Below, in pieces: positions 1 through 7,354 of a DNA stretch of 64,000 bases (positions are counted from its first letter, which is position 1; each line of letters starts with the position of its first letter). Below the pieces are notes generated by a model that was not told the origin of the DNA, ran no database searches, and saw only the letters and a program-made list of their open reading frames with translations. Made by a program: the position numbers and the translations under genes. The DNA lies in NCBI GenBank assembly GCA_964542945.1, contig CAZIVC010000004.1:8062-72061 (forward strand), read 5' to 3'. Source of the DNA: an uncultured Gammaproteobacteria bacterium. GTDB taxonomy: Bacteria > Patescibacteriota > Patescibacteriia > 2-12-FULL-60-25.

Positions 1-1
1 T

Positions 2-169
2 TCTCCGGGTGAAAAGCTTGCTGATGCGGACCTCTTAGGCTCGCCAGTACGCGTCTTGTTCTCAGAAAAGACGCTTTCCGAAGAGTCGGCGGAGGTAAAA
101 GCGCGTTCTGCGGCAGAACCAGAGTTCATCCGTTTGGAAGATCTCGAAGAACGGTTGCTCGCTCGATAA
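2..169 (+). CDS. 3' end of a class II aminoacyl-tRNA synthetase gene, most like prolyl-tRNA synthetase (partial, runs off window start)
   Basis: Frame 2 is open from the window edge to TAA 167-169. It reads SPGEKLADADLLGSPVRVLFSEKTLSEESAEVKARSAAEPEFIRLEDLEERLLAR. The PGxK..DADLxGxP ... VEVK.R pattern is the C-terminal anticodon-binding domain typical of bacterial ProRS. It is absent from the ORF track because it has no start in the window. Confidence 0.5.
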   Translation, partial: SPGEKLADADLLGSPVRVLFSEKTLSEESAEVKARSAAEPEFIRLEDLEERLLAR

Positions 170-197
170 AAAATCCCCCATCCGGGGGAATTTTTTT
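170..197. terminator. bidirectional rho-independent terminator (aaRS gene on +, hup on -)
   Basis: A-run 168-173, stem TCCCCC 174-179 / GGGGGA 184-189, loop ATCC, T-run 191-197. It reads as hairpin plus U-run on both strands. Confidence 0.8.
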
Positions 198-225
198 GGC
201 TATTCGCCAGAGGCGAGGGCTCTTT

Positions 226-531
226 TTACGAGGCGGACTGTGGCTCGTGGCTGTGCTTGAGCGCCTCTTTTAAGCCCTTTCCAGCCTTGAACTTAGGCAC
301 GGTCACCGCAGGAATCTGGATCTTTTCTTCTGGGGACTGTGGGTTCACGCCCAAACGAGGAGCGCGTGTTTTGGCCATAAAACAGCCAAAACCGGCAATG
401 TTGACCTCCCCGCCTTCTTTCAGGGTCTGGGTAATGACGGAGACGAGCGCTTCAATCACTTCTTCAGCTTGTTTTTTGCTAAGATCGTGAACATGTTCTG
501 AAAGATATCCGATCAATTCTGCCTTGTTCAT
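226..531 (-). CDS. hup: HU family DNA-binding protein
   Basis: 101-aa ORF starting MNKAELIGYLSE. It has the HU/IHF beta-arm region GFGCFMAKTRAPRLGVNPQSPEEKIQIPAVTVPKFKAGKGLK, with a short extra C-terminal tail. Confidence 0.9.
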   Translation of the reverse strand: MNKAELIGYLSEHVHDLSKKQAEEVIEALVSVITQTLKEGGEVNIAGFGCFMAKTRAPRLGVNPQSPEEKIQIPAVTVPKFKAGKGLKEALKHSHEPQSAS

Positions 532-609
532 ACGTTGGTCGTAAGGGGAGAAGAGGAGTTAAGACGAGGAGTAGTATAGCAGATATTCTATTTTTGCGCA
601 ATATTAGCC

Positions 610-634
610 AAAAATCCCCTCATGGGGGATTTTA
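610..634 (-). terminator. rho-independent terminator of rny
   Basis: Stem ATCCCC 614-619 / GGGGAT 625-630. On the minus strand it is followed by T5 (A-run 610-614 on +). It lies directly after the rny stop at 641. Confidence 0.7.
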
Positions 635-640
635 TCTAGC

Positions 641-2227
641 TTAACGAACGTATTCTGTGATGCGCGTTTCACGAATCAGTGTGACACGGATTTCTCCGGG
701 GTGTTTTAGCTCCGTTTCGATCTTTTTTGCAATATCGCGAGCGAGTTTTTCGGCTGCGAGGTCATCCACGCGACTTGGGTTCACGAAAACGCGGATTTCA
801 CGGCCAGCCTGAATGGCGTATACCTTCTCAACTCCTTCAAACGAGCAAGCGGCTTTTTCGAGATCCTCAAGGCGTTTAATGTAGAATTCGAGTGAATCTT
901 TACGGGCCCCGGGGCGCGCTCCCGAAATAGCGTCAGCTGCTTTCACGATCACGGCTTCGAGGGTTTTTGGCTTATCTTCGTGATGACCAATCGATTGGTA
1001 GCAGATTTCTTCGGGGAAGCCATACTTTTTCATGATCTTATAGCCCAGTTCCGGATGGCTGCCTTGCATGTCGTGGTCAACGGCTTTGCCGATATCGTGG
1101 AACAATCCTCCTTTTCGACAAACAGACACATCGGCGCCGAGCTCTTCTGCGAGTGCGGCTGAGAGCTGAGCGACTTCAAGTGAGTGGAGAAGGGCGTTTT
1201 GACCGTAACTGGTACGGAATTTGAGGCGACCCAAGATCTGAATGAACTTTGGGTCGATTTCCGCGTAAGAAATGCCTAACTGGTATAACGCCTCTTCGCC
1301 GGCTTTTTTAATTTCAAGAGCGAGTTCTTTTTTAGAGGTTTCAACGAACTCTTCGATGCGGCCCGGGTGGATGCGTCCGTCAGCAATGAGTTTTTCGAGG
1401 GCGCGCTTCGCGACATTGCGACGAATCGGAGAAAAGCCAGAAATACTGACGAGATTCGGTGTTTCGTCGATGATGAGCTCGCAGCCCGTGAGAAGCTCGA
1501 TTGCTTTGATGTTACGGCCTTCGCGACCGATAATACGCCCCTTCATTTCCTCAGTAGGAAGCTCAACGTAGGTAGTGGTCGTTTCAACCACGTGAGATGA
1601 GGCTTGGCGTTGAATGGCAAGGGCGAGGTAGTTTTTGGCTTTTCGATCGAGTTCTTCGAGGCCGTCGCTTTCAAGCTTGCGAAGGCGTGAGAGCAGGGCA
1701 TCAGACGCTTCTTGTTCCACCTGTTCTAACAAGCGCTTCGTGGCCTCCTCGCGGCTTAGCTGGCTTACGCGTTCTAGCGTTTGCGCCCAATTTGCTTTGA
1801 TCGCCTCAATCTCGTTAAGACGGTCCGCCGCCTGTTGTTTTTGCGTTTCAATGAGTTCCTTTTCTTGTTTCAAGGTCTTTTCTCGCTCACCTAATTCGAC
1901 CTCAAGATCTGTCACCCGCTTTTGCTGAGCGTGAATCTGTTCGAGGAGTTGCTTCTCCTCAATGCGCGCATCTTCTAGAATCTTGATCGCTTTTTCCTTT
2001 GCTCGCTGAAGGACGTCCTGGTGTTTTTGTTCTGCCTCCTTGAGCTGCTCTTCCATCTTCGCGAGACGTTCGCCGTGCGCCCGTTCGGCCTCCTTCAGGA
2101 TGACCACAGATTGCGCGACTTCTTTATCCGTCCCGAGCCGGCGACGATGTGCGTGCCAGTAATAACCCAAAGCCATGCCAGCGCCCAAAAAGATGAGCGA
2201 GGCGATAATAATGTTTAAATAATCCAT
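641..2227 (-). CDS. rny: ribonuclease Y
   Basis: 528 aa with an N-terminal TM helix, a long Glu/Lys/Gln coiled coil, KH motif GRIIGREGRNIKA and HD domain (LLHSLEV ... GLFHDIGKA). This is the canonical RNase Y architecture. Confidence 0.95.
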   Translation of the reverse strand: MDYLNIIIASLIFLGAGMALGYYWHAHRRRLGTDKEVAQSVVILKEAERAHGERLAKMEEQLKEAEQKHQDVLQRAKEKAIKILEDARIEEKQLLEQIHAQQKRVTDLEVELGEREKTLKQEKELIETQKQQAADRLNEIEAIKANWAQTLERVSQLSREEATKRLLEQVEQEASDALLSRLRKLESDGLEELDRKAKNYLALAIQRQASSHVVETTTTYVELPTEEMKGRIIGREGRNIKAIELLTGCELIIDETPNLVSISGFSPIRRNVAKRALEKLIADGRIHPGRIEEFVETSKKELALEIKKAGEEALYQLGISYAEIDPKFIQILGRLKFRTSYGQNALLHSLEVAQLSAALAEELGADVSVCRKGGLFHDIGKAVDHDMQGSHPELGYKIMKKYGFPEEICYQSIGHHEDKPKTLEAVIVKAADAISGARPGARKDSLEFYIKRLEDLEKAACSFEGVEKVYAIQAGREIRVFVNPSRVDDLAAEKLARDIAKKIETELKHPGEIRVTLIRETRITEYVR

Positions 2228-2346
2228 AAAAGTAAGAATCAGTACAGCCGCTCATCAAAACGTCATCCAGTAGTTGTTGTGTTCGGTGAGTGTTTTGAGT
2301 GTAACAGACCTTTTTCTGCGCGTCGAATATCTAAAAAATGCTATAT

Positions 2347-2829
2347 TTAGCGATTTTTAAGACGTTGACGACTCATTTCCTTCTTGTTCTCGTAGTAAGC
2401 GGCAAGGCTTTCTCGCAAAATCTGCAGGGATTCAGCCTTCTTTTCAGGGTGTTTTCGGAAATAGGCGATCGATTTCTCGTGGGTCAGCTCATCTGGGAAT
2501 TCTGATGTTACGATCGGTAATCCTTTTATCACCTCGAGGGCTTCTTCTGCGCTGAAGCCCTCTTTTTTGAGATCGTCACACGCATGCGCTATTTGTGTTT
2601 CGAGCGGAAGATCAGCGTCTCTATCAGGGTTGTATGATCGATTGTTTAACACAAGAGTGGTTACACCCGGAACGATAAAACGAAGGGCGCCATCATCAAA
2701 TGACCAGCCGTTTGGTAAAAATGGTTTCAGTTCGCTACTCCAAGGAAGGGTAGTGCTAAACAGTTCGGGACAAAGTCGCAAAACGCTGAGGGTGCGCTGA
2801 ATGATCTGATCTGGCAAAGAACGAGGCAT
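2347..2829 (-). CDS. hypothetical protein (160 aa)
   Basis: Clean ORF in an operon-like position between truB and rny on the same strand. I recognise no motif. Confidence 0.6.
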   Translation of the reverse strand: MPRSLPDQIIQRTLSVLRLCPELFSTTLPWSSELKPFLPNGWSFDDGALRFIVPGVTTLVLNNRSYNPDRDADLPLETQIAHACDDLKKEGFSAEEALEVIKGLPIVTSEFPDELTHEKSIAYFRKHPEKKAESLQILRESLAAYYENKKEMSRQRLKNR

Positions 2830-2864
2830 ATTACTTCCATAGTATCACGTGAGCAGATTGCTCG

Positions 2865-3551
2865 TTAAATCGCTAGAACGGTGCGGAGCGCGTCGTCTTT
2901 TGAAGATTTTTGCAAAGAAATCGCCTCTAAAACATCATAAGAACCGACGTGTGTGCGACGAAGCTCTTGAACGAATGCGCCGGTTCCGAGCGCGGCGCCG
3001 ATATCATCAACGAGGCTGCGGACGTATGTTCCAGAAGAAACATGGGCGCGTAGTTTGAGGGTGGGCCAGGTGTAATCAAGAAGTTCTAGCGAGAAAATAG
3101 TGACGGTTCGTGTGGGACGCATGTCTTCTGTCGCCACTCCGGCACGAGCGAGTTCGTAAAGTTTTTTGCCCTGACGCTTGATCGCGGAAAAAAGAGGAGC
3201 TTTTTGCTCAACCGTGCCACGAAAGCCAGCGAGAACAATATCGACATCTTCTCGTGAAGGGGCGTGCCCAGCAAAAGGCTCTCCAATGGGCTGACCTTCG
3301 CGATCGAACGTGTCGGTGCGATAGCCGAGGGTCGCCTCAATTTCGTAGGTTTTCTCCAGGCCGACGAGGTTGGTAAGTGCTTTTGTGCCATTGTTGACGC
3401 CTAAAATCAGGAGGCCGCTCGCAAAAGGATCGAGGGTTCCGGCATGGCCAATCCGGCGCGTTCCAAGGAGGCGGCGCGCTTGATCGACGATATCGTGGGA
3501 AGTGGGGCCGCTCGGCTTATCAACGAAGAGGAGTCCATTAGGGGAGGTCAT
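2865..3551 (-). CDS. truB: tRNA pseudouridine-55 synthase TruB
   Basis: GLLFVDKPSGPTSHDIV ... RIGHAGTLDPFASGLLILGV (catalytic Asp motif) and typical TruB length (228 aa, no PUA extension). Confidence 0.9.
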   Translation of the reverse strand: MTSPNGLLFVDKPSGPTSHDIVDQARRLLGTRRIGHAGTLDPFASGLLILGVNNGTKALTNLVGLEKTYEIEATLGYRTDTFDREGQPIGEPFAGHAPSREDVDIVLAGFRGTVEQKAPLFSAIKRQGKKLYELARAGVATEDMRPTRTVTIFSLELLDYTWPTLKLRAHVSSGTYVRSLVDDIGAALGTGAFVQELRRTHVGSYDVLEAISLQKSSKDDALRTVLAI

Positions 3552-3619
3552 AGCGAGATTCTGTCTGTTTTTTGCCTAATCCGTCAATAAAATTGCTTTG
3601 CTACGAACGGTTTCTTTCC

Positions 3620-3648
3620 TTGACGTAGTGGGGGTTGACGCGTACACT
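3620..3648 (+). promoter_or_regulatory. sigma70-like promoter of infB (TTGACG-N17-TACACT)
   Basis: TTGACG 3620-3625, 17-nt spacer, TACACT 3643-3648. The ATG of infB at 3656 is only 7 nt downstream of the -10 box. Confidence 0.45.
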
Positions 3649-3655
3649 CGAGCCG

Positions 3656-5656
3656 ATGAACGTTACAGAACTTGCCCGCCGGTTGCGCGTGACCCCGCAA
3701 GAGCTCTTGGCGAAACTGCCAGAGCTTGGTTTTGATATTGGGGCTCGCGCCATCAAGGTGGATGATCGTGTCGCCGATCAAATTTATCGTAAATGGCTCG
3801 ACCAAGCTCGTCGTGAGCGCTTGCGCCAACAGTTGCTTCGTCAGGATCAGGCGGCTGGTATTGAAGAAGGCGGAAAGAAGCGAGAAGTCGCTATTCCTTC
3901 GATTCTTACCGTGCGCGAGTTCGCTGGTTTGTTAAACTTGCCAATTACCCGTGTTATTCAACAGCTCATGAAAGCGGGAATCTTGGCCTCGCAGAATGAG
4001 CGTATCGACTTCACGACAGCGTCGATTATTGCGGATGAGCTTGGATTCGCGGCGATGGCAGAACAGGCAGATCAAAAAGAAATTGCATCCGTTGGTGAAG
4101 AGAACCGCATCAAAGAAATTCTCTCAAAAGAAAGTGATCTTGTGTCACGTCCACCGGTGGTCGTGGTTATGGGTCACGTTGACCACGGAAAAACCAAGAC
4201 GCTGGATGCGATTCGCAAAACCAACGTCATGGAAGGTGAATCGGGAGGCATCACGCAGCACATCGGTGCCTACCAAGTTGAGAAGAAGGGAAAGAAAATT
4301 ACCTTTATTGATACGCCGGGTCACGAAGCGTTTACCGTCATGCGTTCACGTGGTGCGAAAGTGGCGGATGTAGCGATTTTAGTCGTTGCAGCCGATGATG
4401 GGGTTCAGCCACAAACAAAGGAAGCGCTTGAAATTATTCGTGCAGCCAAGCTTCCGTTTATCGTGGCACTCAACAAGATGGATAAGCCCGAAGCTGATCC
4501 AAACCGTGTTTTGGGCCAGCTCGCAGAGCTCAATGTCACGACCGAAGAATGGGGTGGAACGACTCCATTGGCTAAGATTTCGGCTAAAGCAGGAACGGGG
4601 ATCGATGCTCTGCTTGAAACAGTCCTCTTGATTGTTGAGATGGAGCAGGCTCAGATCGTTGCAAACCCAAACGCTCGCGCCGCAGGAACCGTGATCGAAT
4701 CACACGTCGATAAGGGAGAAGGAGCGGTCGCGACAGTCATTGTGCAGAACGGAATTTTACGTCGTAACGACTGGCTTGGCATCGACGGTGCCGCTTACGG
4801 CCGTGTGCGTTTACTGCGTGACTGGAAAGGTCAAGCACTCGACGAAGCGCCTCCCGGAGCGCCTGTCAAAATTCTTGGTTTCAAAGTGGCGCCGTCGGTT
4901 GGTGATATCGTGGAGGTTCCAGAGGATCCAAAGTCGTTACAGCAAAAGAAAGTGAAGACCAGTATGCAGGTGGCGGACGCGTTTACCGCCGTAAAGTCAC
5001 AATCCTCAACCGAAGAAGTGACAAAGAAGACGTTGAACGTGATCCTCAAAACGGACGTGCTAGGCTCTTTGGAGGCAATCCTGGGAATGTTGGAAAAAGT
5101 GTCTCACGACCTCGTGGCTGTTCAGGTGATTCAAAAGGGCCTTGGAAATGTGACCGAATCAGATATCGAGCGTGCAGCAACAAGCGCACCATCGGTGGTC
5201 TATGGCTTTAACGTGATGGCTCCAACGCAAATTGAAGTAGCGGCTCGTGAGAAAGGCGTTGACATTCGCACCTATAAGATCATTTACGAGTTATTTAACG
5301 ACGTAATTGAACGGTTGAACGCACTTTTGCCACAAGAAACGTTGATTAATGAGCATGGTCGCGCTGAAGTGGCGGCTATCTTCCGCACGGAACCAGGGAA
5401 AATGATCGTGGGTATCAAGGTGAAAGAAGGTTCGTTGAATCCCGGTCACAAGCTTCGTGTGTGGCGTGGCGAAGAGCTGATTGGGGACGGGGTGATTGAG
5501 TCTCTGCAATCCGGCAAATCGTCCACAAAAGAACTAAGCGGTGGCCAGGAGGGCGGCATGCTCTATCGTGGAAGGGTGAAACTTCAGCCAGGCGATCGGT
5601 TTGAGGCATTCACCGAAGAATTGAAAGCGCGCCGCATCGAATCGATGCGTGCCTAA
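3656..5656 (+). CDS. infB: translation initiation factor IF-2
   Basis: GTPase motifs GHVDHGKT, DTPGHEAF and NKMD. The IF2 N-terminal domain begins MNVTELARRLRV. The ORF-track start 3635 is a TTG. ATG 3656 fits homolog N-termini. Confidence 0.95.
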   Translation: MNVTELARRLRVTPQELLAKLPELGFDIGARAIKVDDRVADQIYRKWLDQARRERLRQQLLRQDQAAGIEEGGKKREVAIPSILTVREFAGLLNLPITRVIQQLMKAGILASQNERIDFTTASIIADELGFAAMAEQADQKEIASVGEENRIKEILSKESDLVSRPPVVVVMGHVDHGKTKTLDAIRKTNVMEGESGGITQHIGAYQVEKKGKKITFIDTPGHEAFTVMRSRGAKVADVAILVVAADDGVQPQTKEALEIIRAAKLPFIVALNKMDKPEADPNRVLGQLAELNVTTEEWGGTTPLAKISAKAGTGIDALLETVLLIVEMEQAQIVANPNARAAGTVIESHVDKGEGAVATVIVQNGILRRNDWLGIDGAAYGRVRLLRDWKGQALDEAPPGAPVKILGFKVAPSVGDIVEVPEDPKSLQQKKVKTSMQVADAFTAVKSQSSTEEVTKKTLNVILKTDVLGSLEAILGMLEKVSHDLVAVQVIQKGLGNVTESDIERAATSAPSVVYGFNVMAPTQIEVAAREKGVDIRTYKIIYELFNDVIERLNALLPQETLINEHGRAEVAAIFRTEPGKMIVGIKVKEGSLNPGHKLRVWRGEELIGDGVIESLQSGKSSTKELSGGQEGGMLYRGRVKLQPGDRFEAFTEELKARRIESMRA

Positions 5657-5691
5657 AAAAGGAGCTCTCGATGTTTTGAGAGCTTCTTTTT
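5657..5691 (+). terminator. rho-independent terminator of infB
   Basis: About 10-bp stem (GGAGCTCTC 5661-5669 / GAGAGCTTC 5678-5686) followed by a T-run at 5687-5691. Confidence 0.75.
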
Positions 5692-5751
5692 ATCTTGCTC
5701 TCTTTGCGTTGTCATTTTATGATCCTGGTATTACTCTGAATCTGATCTTCT

Positions 5752-6072
5752 ATGGCACATGTTTTTACGGAAGCGAACTTTCAAACAGAAGTTGTAAATT
5801 CTCCGGTTCCTGTTTTGGTTGATTTTTGGGCTGCGTGGTGTGGTCCGTGTATTGCGCTTGCGCCAACCATCGAAGAGCTGGCTCAAGAAATCCCTGAAAC
5901 AAGTCTAAAAATCGGCAAGTTGAACGTGGATGAGGAGCCTGCCGTCGCCGAGCGCTACCGCATCATGTCGATTCCGACGTTACATGTTTTCAAGGGTGGC
6001 GAAGTCGTTGAAACCTTGGTTGGGTTTATGTCGAGGGACGAATTAAAAGCGGCCCTCGCGAAGTGGATGTAA
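5752..6072 (+). CDS. trxA: thioredoxin
   Basis: 106 aa with active site WCGPC and the typical thioredoxin layout. Confidence 0.9.
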   Translation: MAHVFTEANFQTEVVNSPVPVLVDFWAAWCGPCIALAPTIEELAQEIPETSLKIGKLNVDEEPAVAERYRIMSIPTLHVFKGGEVVETLVGFMSRDELKAALAKWM

Positions 6073-6079
6073 ACCCGCT

Positions 6080-7015
6080 ATGGATGTTCGCAATGTTATT
6101 ATTATTGGATCTGGACCGGCAGGGTGGACAGCGGCGATTTACGCTTCTCGTGCCAATCTCGAGCCTCTCGTTATCGAAGGAAATGAGCCTGGCGGTCAAC
6201 TCATGACGACGACAGATGTAGAGAATTTTCCCGGTTTCCCCCAGGGTATTCAAGGTCCAGAACTCATGAAGCTTATGCGCGAGCAGGCTAAGCGCTTTGG
6301 AACGGAGATTCTTTCCTCGTTTGTGGATGAAGTCAAAGAGATTGATGGGGGCTTTTTGGTGCGCGTTCGAGATACGGAATATATGGCAAAGACATTGATT
6401 ATCGCGACAGGAGCTTCGGCAAAGCGATTGGGTTTAGAGTCGGAAAAAGCATTGTACGGAAAAGGAGTGTCCGCCTGCGCGACATGCGACGGATTTTTCT
6501 TTCGGAACAAAGAAGTGATAGTCGTGGGTGGTGGGGACAGCGCCATGGAAGAAGCCTCGTTTCTGACGCGTTTTGCGTCTCGAGTCACGATTGTGCATCG
6601 TCGAGACAGTTTTCGTGCGTCGAAGATAATGCAAGATCGTGTGTTTGCAAATCCAAAGATTCGCGTGCTCTGGAATACGGCCGTAAAGGATATTTTGGGA
6701 GTAGAGGAGGGGCGTGTGACAGGAGTTAAGCTCGAAGATACGGTGACTCGTGAAGAACGAGATGAGCGAGTGGACGGCGTCTTCGCGGCTATTGGTCATG
6801 AGCCGAACACAGGGTTCCTGAAGGGTCTCATTGAGGTAGATGAAAAGGGGTATATAAAAACCGTGCCCGGAACCACAAAAACCAACCGTCCTGGCGTTTT
6901 TGCCTGTGGGGATGTCCAGGATGCTCACTATCGCCAAGCGATTACCGCGGCAGGAACGGGCTGTATGGCGGCTCTTGAGGCGGAGCGGTATTTGGCGGAG
7001 CTTGCCCAGGGGTGA
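6080..7015 (+). CDS. trxB: thioredoxin-disulfide reductase
   Basis: 311 aa with FAD motif GSGPAG, redox-active CATC (GVSACATCDG), NADPH motif GGGDSA and C-terminal GDVQD. Confidence 0.9.
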   Translation: MDVRNVIIIGSGPAGWTAAIYASRANLEPLVIEGNEPGGQLMTTTDVENFPGFPQGIQGPELMKLMREQAKRFGTEILSSFVDEVKEIDGGFLVRVRDTEYMAKTLIIATGASAKRLGLESEKALYGKGVSACATCDGFFFRNKEVIVVGGGDSAMEEASFLTRFASRVTIVHRRDSFRASKIMQDRVFANPKIRVLWNTAVKDILGVEEGRVTGVKLEDTVTREERDERVDGVFAAIGHEPNTGFLKGLIEVDEKGYIKTVPGTTKTNRPGVFACGDVQDAHYRQAITAAGTGCMAALEAERYLAELAQG

Positions 7016-7031
7016 ACCCCGCATTGAAAAT

Positions 7032-7058
7032 CAAAACCCCCGGTAAAACCGGGGGTTT
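7032..7058. terminator. bidirectional rho-independent terminator
   Basis: A-run, 9-bp stem AACCCCCGG 7034-7042 / CCGGGGGTT 7048-7056, T-run. It works on both strands. Confidence 0.8.
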
Positions 7059-7207
7059 TCAAGTCCTCAAGCAATCCGCACCCAAGAAACCTTTCTAGAG
7101 GGGAGGGCGAGTCCGAAGACCAGCAACACCCTGCGGAAAGGTCCCATGCTTGTCGTGGATGCGGATTGCTAAAGAACTCGAAGCTCTTTTCACGAAACCA
7201 ATTAATG
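7032..7207 (-). ncRNA. candidate small RNA (about 175 nt, or about 235 nt from the upstream promoter); family unassigned
   Basis: Two canonical minus-strand promoters point into this region. It contains a 101-nt irregular hairpin (7069-7169) of 11+4+7+4+3 bp with an apical C(UUCG)G loop on the minus strand. A second small hairpin (7171-7187) needs a G-U pair that exists only on the minus strand. The region ends at the 7032-7058 terminator. No coding potential is apparent. Confidence 0.4.
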
Positions 7208-7214
7208 TTGGCGT

Positions 7215-7243
7215 ATCGTACCAGAACGAACGGGGTGTGTCAA
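7215..7243 (-). promoter_or_regulatory. sigma70-like promoter P2 (TTGACA-N17-TACGAT, minus strand)
   Basis: Reverse complement of 7238-7243 is TTGACA, spacer is 17 nt, and reverse complement of 7215-7220 is TACGAT. Confidence 0.45.
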
Positions 7244-7272
7244 GAATATCCTAACACACCGTTTGGACTTGT

Positions 7273-7301
7273 ATTATCCCTAGGAACATCCAAATTGTCA
7301 A
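7273..7301 (-). promoter_or_regulatory. sigma70-like promoter P1 (TTGACA-N17-GATAAT, minus strand)
   Basis: Reverse complement of 7296-7301 is TTGACA, spacer is 17 nt, and reverse complement of 7273-7278 is GATAAT. Confidence 0.45.
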
Positions 7302-7354
7302 GCGAGCCTAAACGAATTCTAGTGGGGATACGCCAACTAATTTAATAAACCGTG

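Noticed and set aside
7069-7169. Idea that the 101-nt hairpin is the 4.5S/SRP RNA on the plus strand. The apical region GAGUCCGAAGACCAGCAAC loosely resembles the domain IV GGUCCGGAAGGAAGCAGC.
   Set aside because: The apical loop is CGAA, not a GNAR tetraloop. The symmetric and asymmetric loop layout does not match. There is no room for a plus-strand promoter after the trxB terminator. The minus strand has promoters, a UUCG loop and a G-U-dependent helper hairpin. It is kept as an unassigned sRNA candidate instead.
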